Positions 1 through 10,056 are shown, counted from the first letter of the stretch. The stretch is DNA of 64,000 nucleotides from an uncultured Gammaproteobacteria bacterium (GCA_964633995.1 CAZWKN010000004.1:1260-65259); one strand, 5' to 3'. Numbers and translations: made by a program. The notes: a model not told the origin generated them from the letters alone.

Positions 1-480
1 TTGAGTTCCAGATGTGCCGCTTGTTTGTAATTTGATCTTTAACAACTGACCCCTTTCAAGCCTACTTGCCGACACGCTTAATGACTCATTTGGGGCTATT
101 TTTTTAGGTTGACCATTGTCAACTACTTCAGTTGAGTCAGTGGCCCAGGTTGGAGATGCTACTCTCAGTAGGGACTCGGTGGTTATGAGTTCATTTATTG
201 GTTGGAAATTGGCGTTACCTGGTCCAATTTGGGGAAGCCCCGATATCAATGGGTGGCGAACATTGATTGCGTCGGTCAGGCTTGTTTGAGGAGGGTCCGG
301 GATAAATTGGATTCCTGCCTCAAGGTGATCTGTGACAGCTTGTGCTAGATTTCGCGCGGCAGTTACTTGAAGTTCGTCGTAAGGTGTTCTTTTATCAAAT
401 TCTGGGATAGCTTGTAATGAAACTCTATGTTCTGGCTCTGCTGAAACAACTTGCTCTGCCGGAGGTTCTTCGTCTGCCAT
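1..480 (-). CDS. hypothetical protein, truncated at window edge
   Basis: Open frame read manually from ATG at 480 (MADEEPPAEQVVSAEPEHRVSLQAIPEFDKRTPY...) to position 1 without a stop; TAAAAT -10 box just upstream; absent from the ORF track because it has no stop. Confidence 0.7.
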   Translation of the reverse strand, partial: MADEEPPAEQVVSAEPEHRVSLQAIPEFDKRTPYDELQVTAARNLAQAVTDHLEAGIQFIPDPPQTSLTDAINVRHPLISGLPQIGPGNANFQPINELITTESLLRVASPTWATDSTEVVDNGQPKKIAPNESLSVSASRLERGQLLKIKLQTSGTSGTQ

Positions 481-520
481 GGGAGAATTTTAGCATGATC
501 ATGTATAATTTGGGAAGTTT

Positions 521-592
521 GGGCTGCTAGTTTAGCGGTATAACGCGTTCCTGATAAGAACGAGGTGCTAGGTTCGACTCCTAGGCAGCCCA
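521..592 (+). tRNA. tRNA-Ile(GAT)
   Basis: Cloverleaf: acceptor GGGCTGC/GCAGCCC, anticodon arm CGTTC-CTGATAA-GAACG, T arm CTAGG-TTCGACT-CCTAG; CCA not encoded; TATAAT at 504-509. Confidence 0.95.
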
Positions 593-601
593 CAACAGAT
601 T

Positions 602-730
602 TAACGCGTTCCTGATATGGAAGGAATTCTTCTTTTCGCTATCGCTCAAAGGTCCTTCCATATAACTCACTCGTTTTTACGAGTTCGTTAGAAGAACGAG
701 GTGCTAGGTTCGACTCCTAGGCAGCCCACA
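602..730 (+). pseudogene. partial duplicate of tRNA-Ile (3' two-thirds) with a 75-nt hairpin-rich insertion in the anticodon loop
   Basis: 602-617 equals 541-556 and 693-730 equals 557-594; the insert 618-692 lies between them. Confidence 0.9.
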
Positions 731-738
731 TTGATTGA

Positions 739-1284
739 TCAAACAACAGGGATGGATGATTGTGTTTGTTGTTGTAATTCCTTGGTCGCTAGCTGTTTTG
801 CAGCAGTATAGACTAACATTTCGGCAAATTCACGGGTTTGTACATGTTTATGATTAATAACTCCCTGATTGCTAGGGTCACGATTGAGTCCTACCTCTGT
901 AAGTTGTTTTAACCAGGCCGTTTTTTTGTCTTGATGGGTTTCTCCATAAGCAGCCTTTGCGGCATATAGATCAAGAACCGAGCCAATATCGGCAGCCAAT
1001 TGGGGATTTGTTTTGGGGGTTGGAGGAGGTTTGCGCTCGTCTGTAATGTAAGAGGAGACAACATACGCTACTGCTTCGCGAAAAGTAGCTCTTGCGTCTC
1101 CGTTCTCAAGATAGTCATAGTAATTTTCAAAATTAATTGCCAGTTGGGTTGCAAGAACAAGAGCACGTTGATAACGATCTAACTCTGCGGGTTTTGCTTC
1201 TCCGGCAAAATATTTTAAAAACTTTAGTGTCGTCCCTTGGATTTGTTCGGTGGTTATATTTGCCCTGGCATCGATCGGTGACAT
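739..1284 (-). CDS. hypothetical protein (helical)
   Basis: 181-aa ORF with TATAAT just upstream; no recognised motif. Confidence 0.7.
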   Translation of the reverse strand: MSPIDARANITTEQIQGTTLKFLKYFAGEAKPAELDRYQRALVLATQLAINFENYYDYLENGDARATFREAVAYVVSSYITDERKPPPTPKTNPQLAADIGSVLDLYAAKAAYGETHQDKKTAWLKQLTEVGLNRDPSNQGVINHKHVQTREFAEMLVYTAAKQLATKELQQQTQSSIPVV

Positions 1285-1309
1285 TGTTATTTGATTATAG
1301 CAGCCGAAT

Positions 1310-1573
1310 CTAGGAAGTTTCTCTCAGTTTTTTATTGGTGCGTCTGACTGCGTGGTTTGGTAATGGTATGTGTTTTGACTGTAACAGATGTAGTTCCACT
1401 GCCGTGGCCACTTGATGTCTGGCGTGAGCCAACGCTCGGAATAGTTGAAATTTCTTCCAAAAGACAATTTCTTGTGGAGTGGCTTTGGTTATTTCATCTC
1501 TCGGAAATGGATCTGGCGTTTGAACGGTTACGGCCTTAAAAAAACCGAAGTATGCTTCTTTGGGGTGGGCCAT
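1310..1573 (-). CDS. small hypothetical protein
   Basis: 87-aa ORF filling the gap, divergent from the ABC operon. Confidence 0.5.
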   Translation of the reverse strand: MAHPKEAYFGFFKAVTVQTPDPFPRDEITKATPQEIVFWKKFQLFRALAHARHQVATAVELHLLQSKHIPLPNHAVRRTNKKLRETS

Positions 1574-1606
1574 TGAGCTAATATCTATTATAAATTATAA
1601 TGCAAG

Positions 1607-2611
1607 GTGATGAAAAAGTGGATTAACAAGAGGAATATTGCGATTTTAGTCGTAGTGGTTTTGGTGGGGGGGTGGTGGTACATTGGCAACCAAAAAACTA
1701 AAAACAAAAAACTAACGACCAAAGTTGTGGTGGTGGAGAAAAAGGATGTGGTGCAGACGCTCACATTGTCGGGAAAGATAAAGGCTGAAAAAATGGCAGA
1801 GTTAAAATTTTTGACTTCCGGGAGGCTTTCTTTTTTGAGAGTGAAAAGTGGCGATAGTGTAAAAAATGGGGAATGGTTGGCAGGTCTTGATACCGGAGAT
1901 TTACAAGCAGCGGTGACTAAAGCTTGGTATGCATATTTAACGGCTGACGCGAATGCTAAGGAAGTGGAAGATTTGGTAAAAAATCATGATAAAGATGAAA
2001 CCTTTGCTCAAAAAAACGACAGGATAGCTGCTCAAGTTGCAAGAGATAGCGCATATGAGACTTGGTTATCTGCACGTAGGGCTGCGGATTATGCCATATT
2101 GAAGGCACCATTTGATGGTGTTGTCACAAATTTGAATATTGGTGGAGTGGGGGAGATTGTGGGGATAACTAGTGGGCTTACGGTTGTGGACCCTGCAAGT
2201 TTGTATTTTGAAGTAGAAATAGATGAATCAGATCTGGGTAGGGTGAATGTGGGACAAAACGTAGGTGTTAAGTTGGATGCATTTTCGGATAAAGTTGTAG
2301 ATGGAAAGTTGGAAGAAATAGAGTTTGTGTCTCGTTTATCTGATACCGGGGCTAATGTGTATCCGGCGAGGGTTAAATTGACAACGGACAATGGACAATT
2401 GACAATTTTAAGGTTGGGGATGAAGGGGGATGCGGTGTTGGTACTGGGGGAGGCCAAAGGAGTGTTAGCTCTTCCGATTGAGGCGGTAATCGATGGAAGT
2501 GTCGTGACTCCTGATGGTAAAAAATTAAAAGTAGAAACGGGGTTGGAAAGTGAAAACGATGTAGAGATAAAGTCGGGTTTAGCTGAGGGCGACAAGGTAG
2601 TAGTTAAATGA
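1607..2611 (+). CDS. efflux RND/MacA-type periplasmic adaptor (HlyD family)
   Basis: N-terminal TM, lipoyl-like half motifs (SGRLSFLRVKSGDSVKNG; LKAPFDGVV), IDESDLGRVNVGQ, C-terminal GLAEGDKVV; first gene of an ABC operon. Confidence 0.9.
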   Translation: MMKKWINKRNIAILVVVVLVGGWWYIGNQKTKNKKLTTKVVVVEKKDVVQTLTLSGKIKAEKMAELKFLTSGRLSFLRVKSGDSVKNGEWLAGLDTGDLQAAVTKAWYAYLTADANAKEVEDLVKNHDKDETFAQKNDRIAAQVARDSAYETWLSARRAADYAILKAPFDGVVTNLNIGGVGEIVGITSGLTVVDPASLYFEVEIDESDLGRVNVGQNVGVKLDAFSDKVVDGKLEEIEFVSRLSDTGANVYPARVKLTTDNGQLTILRLGMKGDAVLVLGEAKGVLALPIEAVIDGSVVTPDGKKLKVETGLESENDVEIKSGLAEGDKVVVK

Positions 2612-3285
2612 CTCCAGTAGTCGAATTTAAAAACGTCAGTCGAGTGTATGGAGATCCTGCAAACGAGGACAGTTTGGTGACTGCGTTAAACAACGTGTCG
2701 TTCAAGATTGAAAAAGGAGAGTTTGTGGCTATTACTGGGCCTTCGGGATCGGGGAAATCAACACTTTTGCACCTGATAGGTCTATTAGATCGGCAAAGCA
2801 GTGGGGAGATATTAGTTGATGGGACGAATACCAAAAAATTGAATGATAATAAATTGGCGAAACTGCGAAATGAAAAAATAGGATTTGTGTTCCAACAATT
2901 TAACCTACTTCGGGCAACTCCGGCTATTACAAATGTGGAGTTGCCAATGATCTATAGGCGAGTTGTTGGAAACGTAAGACGAGAAAAAGCAAAAAAAGAG
3001 TTAACCATGGTAGGACTTGGTGGAAGACTTATGAACAAACCGTCTCAGCTGTCTGGTGGGCAGCAGCAAAGAGTGGCGATTGCCAGGGCACTGGTTACTG
3101 ACCCCTCTTTGCTATTGGCTGATGAGCCGACGGGAAATTTGGATAGCAAAACCGGTCTAGAAATATTGGAACTTTTTGAAGATTTGCACAAAAAGGGAGT
3201 GACGATAGTCCTTGTGACTCACGACCCCAACATTGCCAAGCGGGCCAAAAGGCAAATTGTGATTGTAGATGGGGGGGTGAAATAA
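2608..3285 (+). CDS. ABC transporter ATP-binding protein (MacB/LolD family)
   Basis: Walker A GPSGSGKST, signature LSGGQQQR, Walker B LLLADEPTGNLD, H-loop VTHD. Confidence 0.95.
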   Translation: MTPVVEFKNVSRVYGDPANEDSLVTALNNVSFKIEKGEFVAITGPSGSGKSTLLHLIGLLDRQSSGEILVDGTNTKKLNDNKLAKLRNEKIGFVFQQFNLLRATPAITNVELPMIYRRVVGNVRREKAKKELTMVGLGGRLMNKPSQLSGGQQQRVAIARALVTDPSLLLADEPTGNLDSKTGLEILELFEDLHKKGVTIVLVTHDPNIAKRAKRQIVIVDGGVK

Positions 3286-4485
3286 ATGGACACAATTGAA
3301 TTATTTAAATCGGCCACCAGGGCGATAAGAACTAATAAGACCAGATCGTTTTTGACGACGTTGGGAATTATTATTGGTGTGGCGTCGGTAATTTTGTTGG
3401 TATCTATCGGGTCTGGACTGCAAAGTTTTGTGACCAAAGAGTTTGAGTCTTTGGGGTCGAACATATTGTTTATTTCACCCGGTAAGGTAAGTTTTTCCGG
3501 TGGTCCGCCTCAAAACGTAGAAGCCAAATTTGATTTCGAGGACGTAAAAAATATCAGCAATATGGGAGGGCCTATTGTGAAAGCAGCGGGAATGATTGCT
3601 AAGGGATCGACTATCAAATATAAATCTAAGTCGTATTACGGTAACATAGCCGGGACAAACGAATCTTATTTAGAGTATGGGAATGTCAAAATAGAGAGTG
3701 GAAAATTTTTTGGTAAAAACGATGTGGAGAGAAGTGCTCTGGTGGCGGTAATAGGGCACAAAATTTATACTGAGTTATTTGCCTCGGGGGAAAACGCCGT
3801 TGGTAAGCAAATTAGTGTTGTTGGAGCCAAGTTGACAGTGATAGGGGTTTTGCAGGAAAAGGGTGGGGGGTTGGGGGGTGCATCTGATGATAATTCGTAT
3901 GTGGTAATGCCGGTGACGACGGTAAGTAAAATCACCGGGATTAAAAAACCGGCTGCTGTGATGGTAAGGACGCAAACCGCCGATGATACTGGAAGGGCGG
4001 CCAGTATGATCAAGAAATATTTCTATAGAAGAGACTTGACCGATGACGACTTTACGATCATGGAGCCTAAAGAATTGTTGAGTTCGATAAATCAATTTTT
4101 GGGAGTAGTGACTGGGGCGCTGTCGGGAATTGCTGCGATTTCTTTGGTAGTGGGCGGGATTGGGATTGCTAATATTATGTTGGTATCAGTAACCGAAAGA
4201 ACAAGAGAGATTGGACTTCGTAAAGCATTGGGGGCGACTAATGCTGATATTTTGAGACAATTTTTGATTGAATCGGTTTTGTTGTCGGTGTTGGGAGGAG
4301 GGATTGGAATTGGAATTGGATGGGGGTTCTCGTTGCTTCTTAAAAAGTTTATTGAGACGTCTGTGACTTCCCAGTCTGTAATTATGGCGTTTGGTATATC
4401 TGCAATTGTTGGGGTGTTGTCAGGAATTTTACCCGCTTTGCGGGCGTCGAGACTCAATCCAATTGAGGCTTTGAGGTGGGAGTAA
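3286..4485 (+). CDS. ABC transporter permease (MacB/FtsX family)
   Basis: RSFLTTLGIIIGVASV, GGIGIANIMLVSVTERTREIGLRKALGA, C-terminal PALRASRLNPIEALRWE. Confidence 0.95.
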   Translation: MDTIELFKSATRAIRTNKTRSFLTTLGIIIGVASVILLVSIGSGLQSFVTKEFESLGSNILFISPGKVSFSGGPPQNVEAKFDFEDVKNISNMGGPIVKAAGMIAKGSTIKYKSKSYYGNIAGTNESYLEYGNVKIESGKFFGKNDVERSALVAVIGHKIYTELFASGENAVGKQISVVGAKLTVIGVLQEKGGGLGGASDDNSYVVMPVTTVSKITGIKKPAAVMVRTQTADDTGRAASMIKKYFYRRDLTDDDFTIMEPKELLSSINQFLGVVTGALSGIAAISLVVGGIGIANIMLVSVTERTREIGLRKALGATNADILRQFLIESVLLSVLGGGIGIGIGWGFSLLLKKFIETSVTSQSVIMAFGISAIVGVLSGILPALRASRLNPIEALRWE

Positions 4486-5242
4486 CTGGTTTGAGTTTGA
4501 GAGCAAAATAGAGACATTGGGTGGAACTTTGGGCACTGTGGTTTTTGCCAGGGGGAAGGACAAGTGGACGAATAGAAAGAAAGGGAACATCGTAGCCTTT
4601 TGGGTAAACATCAAGGGTGATGGCCTGGTTGTTTCTAGTCCGTAATGCATATTTTGCGTCGACTAAGGTGTTTATGGCAGTTTGCCAATGTAGATAGGCG
4701 AGTTCAGGATTGCCTTCTATTGAATACGCTGCGTTGCTGTGAAAGGGAGAATCATCTGGTGATTTGGGGTCTAGGGTCCACAGGGGGAAAATGATTTCAG
4801 TTACTTGAGGGTTTTCGACATGGGGTGAGACGGCTGAATTTTCACCCAATAATTGTAAGCCGGAAGTAATAATTTCTAAGTCTTGGTCGTGTATGTTAAC
4901 AACGGTTTTTGAAGGTTGTTGATCTTCGAGCCATAAGACTTGGCCTTGAAATTTGACAGGGTTAATGGCATTGAGATCCAGGTTGGAATTTGGGACAGGA
5001 GAAAAAAAGACAGATTCGTTTTGGCGAAGTATGGTATCCCTGCGGTCAGCCTCAATTCGGTCGGGCCAGGGGACACGGTGGACGGCCCAGGAATCGTAAG
5101 TTACGATATCCCTTCTTAGCTCTTCGGGCAAATCCGGCCAAGAGACTCTCTTGGCTACGAGATCGTTGGCCGCTCTGTAATTGGAGTGGGTAGACATTCG
5201 ATGAACAGAATCAAAAAACGATTGGGTGAATAATTCAGGCAT
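4454..5242 (-). CDS. hypothetical protein
   Basis: 262-aa ORF divergent from the TrmB-like gene; -10-like TAATAT 6 nt before ATG. Confidence 0.7.
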   Translation of the reverse strand: MPELFTQSFFDSVHRMSTHSNYRAANDLVAKRVSWPDLPEELRRDIVTYDSWAVHRVPWPDRIEADRRDTILRQNESVFFSPVPNSNLDLNAINPVKFQGQVLWLEDQQPSKTVVNIHDQDLEIITSGLQLLGENSAVSPHVENPQVTEIIFPLWTLDPKSPDDSPFHSNAAYSIEGNPELAYLHWQTAINTLVDAKYALRTRNNQAITLDVYPKGYDVPFLSIRPLVLPPGKNHSAQSSTQCLYFALKLKPVTPTSKPQLD

Positions 5243-5314
5243 AGGCGGATATTAAAGTATAAGCGTTATACTGTCAAACTTGACGGACGTTGCCGACAGT
5301 GTTAGACTAAAGCT

Positions 5315-6172
5315 ATGGATATGATAGAAAAGGTATTGGGAGAGCTGGGGTTATCGGAAAATGAGATAAAGATTTATCGGGCTGCTGTCAGGCATGAGGA
5401 AACGTCACCATATGCTCTATCTAGGGAGACAAATATTCCTAGGACGACTGTGTACGAGGCTATAATGAATTTGGCCCTTAAGGGCTTGGTGACATTGGTT
5501 AAGAGTGATGGTTTTACCAAACAGCAGACAAGAATTGTGGCTAAGAACCCATCTACACTTAGGGAGATCATACGGAATAGTAGGGAGAGATTGACCAGGT
5601 TGGAGGTAGATGTTGTGCAAATATTACCGGATTTGAAGGCGGAATATTTAAAAACTGTGCCTAATGCCCAGGTGAGGTTTTTTTCAGGAATTGAGGGGGC
5701 GGGCGAGGTGTATGGGCGGGTGTATTCGGGCAGGTTGGGTGTATCGGTAGTGGGATGGGATTCTATGATGCCGATGGACAGTTTTGGAAGCAAAAAAATT
5801 AACAAATGGGTGGATCAGGATTTGGATGCTCGAAAATCTGAGAAAAGCATAGTCTTGCTGAATGATTGGACTAAGCATGTAATTGGATACCAGTATGGGA
5901 GGGATAAGAGGTATTTGGATAAAGAATTTAGGTATATTGACGATTCAGGGTGTGTGTTTAACCAAGATATCTATGTGATAGGTGGGTCTGTTTTTGTGGT
6001 AAACGGTTTTAAAGACGAGGCGTGGGGAATGGTAATAAATAGCGAATTATTCGCTCAAACAATGAAATCTATGTTTGAGGTGATGTGGCGGGTGGCTAGG
6101 CCAATCACTGAAGAAATGGTAAAAAGTTGGGGTGAAAACGAGTATTTAAATGAGGAAAGACGAAGGAAATGA
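5315..6172 (+). CDS. TrmB-family transcriptional regulator
   Basis: N-terminal wHTH LGLSENEIKIY...IPRTTVYEAIMNLALKGLV, VRFFSGIEG, C-terminal INSELFAQTMKSMFEVMW typical of CPR TrmB proteins. Confidence 0.85.
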   Translation: MDMIEKVLGELGLSENEIKIYRAAVRHEETSPYALSRETNIPRTTVYEAIMNLALKGLVTLVKSDGFTKQQTRIVAKNPSTLREIIRNSRERLTRLEVDVVQILPDLKAEYLKTVPNAQVRFFSGIEGAGEVYGRVYSGRLGVSVVGWDSMMPMDSFGSKKINKWVDQDLDARKSEKSIVLLNDWTKHVIGYQYGRDKRYLDKEFRYIDDSGCVFNQDIYVIGGSVFVVNGFKDEAWGMVINSELFAQTMKSMFEVMWRVARPITEEMVKSWGENEYLNEERRRK

Positions 6173-6179
6173 ATTGGGG

Positions 6180-6208
6180 TTGACAAGGAGTTCTCACCAG
6201 GATAATAT
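6180..6208 (+). promoter_or_regulatory. consensus sigma70 promoter for the tRNA-Ala/23S/5S locus
   Basis: TTGACA (6180-6185), 17 bp spacer, TATAAT (6203-6208). Confidence 0.85.
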
Positions 6209-6213
6209 ACGAT

Positions 6214-6333
6214 TACCTTTCGAGGCCAAGTTTGTTTCATGAAGACTAATGCTTTTTACTTTAAAAAAATCCGGTAGAGTTTAGTTTATCGGCAAAAGCA
6301 GTCTCATGATGGCCTCCGCAAGGAGGCTTTTTT
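6214..6333 (+). ncRNA. structured leader/sRNA ending in an intrinsic terminator
   Basis: Long rod (GAGGCCA/TGGCCTC, TCATG/CATGA, AGAC/GTCT, TGCTTTT/AAAAGCA, CCGGTAGA/TTTATCGG) and terminator GCCTCC-GCAA-GGAGGC-TTTTTT. Confidence 0.6.
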
Positions 6334-6354
6334 ACATTTTATAGGCAGGAACTA

Positions 6355-6428
6355 GGGCCCGTAGTTCACCTGGCTAGAACGCGTCATTTGCAATGACGAG
6401 GTAAGCGGTTCGAGTCCGCTCGGGTCCA
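6355..6428 (+). tRNA. tRNA-Ala(TGC)
   Basis: Acceptor GGGCCCG/CGGGTCC with G3-U70, anticodon arm CGTCA-TTTGCAA-TGACG, T arm AGCGG-TTCGAGT-CCGCT. Confidence 0.95.
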
Positions 6429-7020
6429 CTAAACCTAAAAGTTGGTCCCGACTTCCTCTTGTGGGGAGTCGAGATCAGCTTTGAGGCTGAATCTGGCGAA
6501 ATCCAGATGAGTAGCTCATTGAAAAGTGAAGAGAATTTAATAAGTAGTAGAGTCGTATTTTTTACTTCCGTAATGCAGACAATGGATGCCTAGGATGCTA
6601 GAGCCGAAGAAGGACGTACATAGCCACGAAAGTCGTCGGGGAGCTGCTAAGAAGCTTTGATCCGGCGGTATCCGAATGGGGAAACCCCTCCTATATGGAG
6701 AGTCCGCCGTAAGGCGAGATGGGGCACGTCCCGAACTGAAACATCTAAGTAGGGACAGGAAAAGAAATCACAGAGATTCCGTAAGTAAGCAGCGAGCGAA
6801 AGCGGAACAGCCTAAACCACGCCGCAAGGCGATGGGGTTGCGGGGTCCGCCGCAAGCAATTGATCGAGGATAGGAGAATCCCGTGGAAACGGGAACCAAA
6901 GCAGGTGATAGTCCTTTATCCGAAATCTAAGATCATGCTGGCGGATTCCCAAGTACCATGAGACACACGATCTTGTGGGAATCCGGGGTGACCACACTCC
7001 AAGGCTAAATACTTTAGCAT

Positions 7021-7061
<41 letters not shown>

Positions 7062-7758
7062 GGGTTAAAAACCTAGTGAAATAGAACCTGAAATTGTCTG
7101 CTGGCAAACAGTGAGAGCCCTGTCCCGCAAGGGGTGGGGTGATCGCGTGCCTATTGAAGAATTATCCGGCGAGTTTTCGATTGTTGCGAGTTTAAGCACG
7201 TCAAACGTGTGGAGGCGAAGCGAAAGCGAGTCTTAACAGGGCGCATAGCAGCAGTTGGAAGACCCGAAACCTGGTGAGCTAATCATGAGCAGGGTGAACC
7301 CCGATGAGAATCGGGGGGAGGCCCGAACTCGTTAGAGCTACAAATCTATGAGATGACTTGTGATTAGAGGTAATATGCCAATCGAACCAGGAGATAGCTG
7401 GCTCTCCCCGAAATATATATAGGTATAGCCCTAAAGCCAACTGATATGTGGTAGAGCACTGGATGCTTTCTGCAGCTTCACCGCTGTTGCGAGCAATCAA
7501 ACTCCGAATACGTATCAGAGTGCTTTGGGAGTCAGAACGACCCGGCTAAGCGGGCCGCTCTAAAGGGAAACAACCCAGACTGTCGTCTAAGGCCTCTAAA
7601 TAATGACTTAGTGTTGAACGCAGTTGAATTCCTCAGACAGCCAGGAGGTTGGCTCAGAAGCAGCCATCCTTTAAAGAAAGCGTAACAGCTCACTGGTCGA
7701 TTTGGGAGTTTGGCGCGGAAAATGAACCGAGGCTCAAGTCATTTGCCGAAGACACAGA

Positions 7759-7863
7759 TATTCGTGCTTCGCACAAAATTTATCATTTGTCATTTTACAT
7801 TTGATCATTCAATTGATGAAATGAAAAATGTTTAAATGGTTAATTTCGCGCGGAGCGCGGATG
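7759..7863 (+). other. intervening sequence / extended hairpin at 23S helix 45
   Basis: Stem TATTCGTGCTTCGCAC/GCGCGGAGCGCGGATG encloses a ~70-nt AT-rich self-complementary insert just before the conserved GGTAGGGGAGCGTT. Confidence 0.75.
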
Positions 7864-8596
7864 TGGTAGGGGAGCGTTGAAAGAGCTGTGAAGCATACGC
7901 CGTAAGGCGGTGTGGAGCGACTTCAAGTGAGAATGCCGGAATGAGTAGCGTTAACTCCGATGAGAATTCGGAGCGCCGAATACCCAAGGTTTCCTCCGCA
8001 ACATTTATTGTCGGAGGGTTAGTCGGCACCTAAGGTGAGGCCATAGTGGGCGTAACCGATGGACGAGCCGTTTAGATTCGGCTACATAAAATATATCGTT
8101 ATGAGCTAGGGACGGACTGAAAAGGAGTATCCAGGCGCATGCAGTGAATGTGGCGTCTAAGCAGTGAGATAGTGAACTTAGGAAAATCCGAGTTTGCGTT
8201 TTAAGTCGAGCTGTTATGGGAAGACTTGCGAGAAATTGTGAGACAACCTGGAGTGCTTCATTTTACGAGAAAATGTTCGTAGCCAGATGTATTTTATGCC
8301 GTACCGCAAACCGACACTGGTGGGTGGGTCGAGTAGACCAAGGCGTTCGGGAGAAGGTAGTTCAAGGAACTCGGCAAAAAAGCTGGACGTAATCTAGAGA
8401 GATGTCCTTCCCGCCTTTGGCGGGACGCAGCAAAAGCTTATTCCTCGACTGTTTAACTAAAACACAGGTCCATGCAAACTCGAAAGAGAAAGTATATGGG
8501 CTGAGGCCTGCCCAGTGCTCGTAAGTTAAGTGGATGGGTGTTAAAGCCCTGAAATGAAGCCCGAGTGAACGGCAGCAGTAACTATAACTGTTCTAT

Positions 8597-8638
<42 letters not shown>

Positions 8639-9148
8639 CGGCTTAACGAGGGAATAACTGTCTTGAACTATCACCCGGCGAAATTGAAATGGCTGTGAAG
8701 ATGCGGCCTAACTCTACTAGGACAAAAAGACCCTATGGAGCTTTACTGTACTCTGGCCCTGTTTCGGATTTTAAAATAGTTTAGTGTAGGAGGGAGCCTT
8801 CGGGCGACAATGAAACACCTCTCGTTTTGGAATCTCGAAACTAACCTATGCCGTCTGGAAACGACGGTGGAGACAAGGTCAGACGGGCAGTTTTACTGGG
8901 GAGGTATCCTGCTAAAGAGTAACGCAGGAGTGCCAAGGTGCTCTAAGCTCGGATGGAAATCGAGCTAGTCGTGTAACGGCATAAGAGCGCTTGACTGCGA
9001 GAGGGACACCTCGAGCAGGTGCGAAAGCAGGTCGTAGTGATCCTCGGATCCCTCGTGGGAGGGACCGGGCTTAACGGATAAAAGCTACCCTAGGGATAAC
9101 AGGCTGATCGCCGCCAAGAGTCCATATCGACGCGGCGGTTTGGCACCT

Positions 9149-9433
9149 TAACCAAATGGTATCGGGGTGTGTTGCCAGTAATGGCATTAGCAAGCTTTGT
9201 TATATGTATAATATTTTTTACTGACTCATATCGGAGAACTCCTTATAAAACGAACAATATAAGGAAAACCCCGAGGGAAGGCCGCCTATGGCGGCCCCCG
9301 TATCGACTTGTGGTTTCAAGACCACGGAGCCGTCTTTTTTAAGACGAGCTAAGACGTCAGCCCCTACTTTGGGTGAATTAACTTAAAGAGGGTGAAGGTA
9401 TAGTCAGCGCTTCGTGTAAACGAAGTCGACACG
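9149..9433 (+). mobile_element. group I intron at 23S position ~2500 (E. coli numbering), no homing endonuclease
   Basis: Interrupts TTTGGCACCT|CGATGTCGGCTC; ends in G; guide ATCGGGGTG pairs with exon CACCT (U-G) and CGAT; P3 CTGAC/GTCAG; P7 GACT...AAGGTATAGTC. Confidence 0.92.
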
Positions 9434-9501
9434 CGATGTCGGCTCATCCTATCCTGGAGGGGCAGTACCTTCCAAGGGTCCGGCTGTTCGCCGGTTAAAA
9501 G

Positions 9502-9550
<49 letters not shown>

Positions 9551-9668
9551 AGTAGAATCGTGGAATTCTTGAGGGGGTCTGACCTCAGTACGAGAGGACC
9601 AGGTTGGAGGTATCACTGGTGTGCCGGTTGTGACGTCAGTTGCAGCGCCGGGTAGCTAAATACCTACG

Positions 9669-9701
<33 letters not shown>

Positions 9702-9902
9702 CTACCCAAGATTAGGAATTCATTCCGTCGCAAGATGGAAAAAGACCCGGGGAAGACTACCCCGTATAAGAGGCAGGCAGTGTAAGCACAGCAATGTGTT
9801 TAGCTTACCTGTACTAATCGGTCTAATGGAGTAAACTTACTAAACCCTATTACTTATTGTTCTCTTCACTTTTCAGTTAGTTACTTGCAAAGAGCGCAGA
9901 GT

Positions 9903-10022
9903 TCTTAGGTCATTTGAGCGGCGTGGAACTACCTTTTTCCATTCCGAACAGAGCCGTAAAACGCGCCAGCGCTGAAAATAGCTAGGGGGCAACTCCTCGT
10001 GAAGATAGGTCATGGCCTAAGA
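9903..10022 (+). rRNA. rrf: 5S rRNA
   Basis: Terminal stem TCTTAGGTC/GGCCTAAGA, CCATTCCGAAC motif; extended stem followed by a T-tract terminator. Confidence 0.92.
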
Positions 10023-10056
10023 ATTGTGCGCTTTTTTGGTGGGGTAAAATAGATTA

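Noticed and set aside
363-593. 76-aa ORF on the minus strand
   Set aside because: Overlaps tRNA-Ile and a better ORF in another frame starting at 480
5270-5300. ACTGTC-N19-GACAGT inverted repeat as a TrmB operator
   Set aside because: Only 6-bp arms and a single instance; plausible but unsupported
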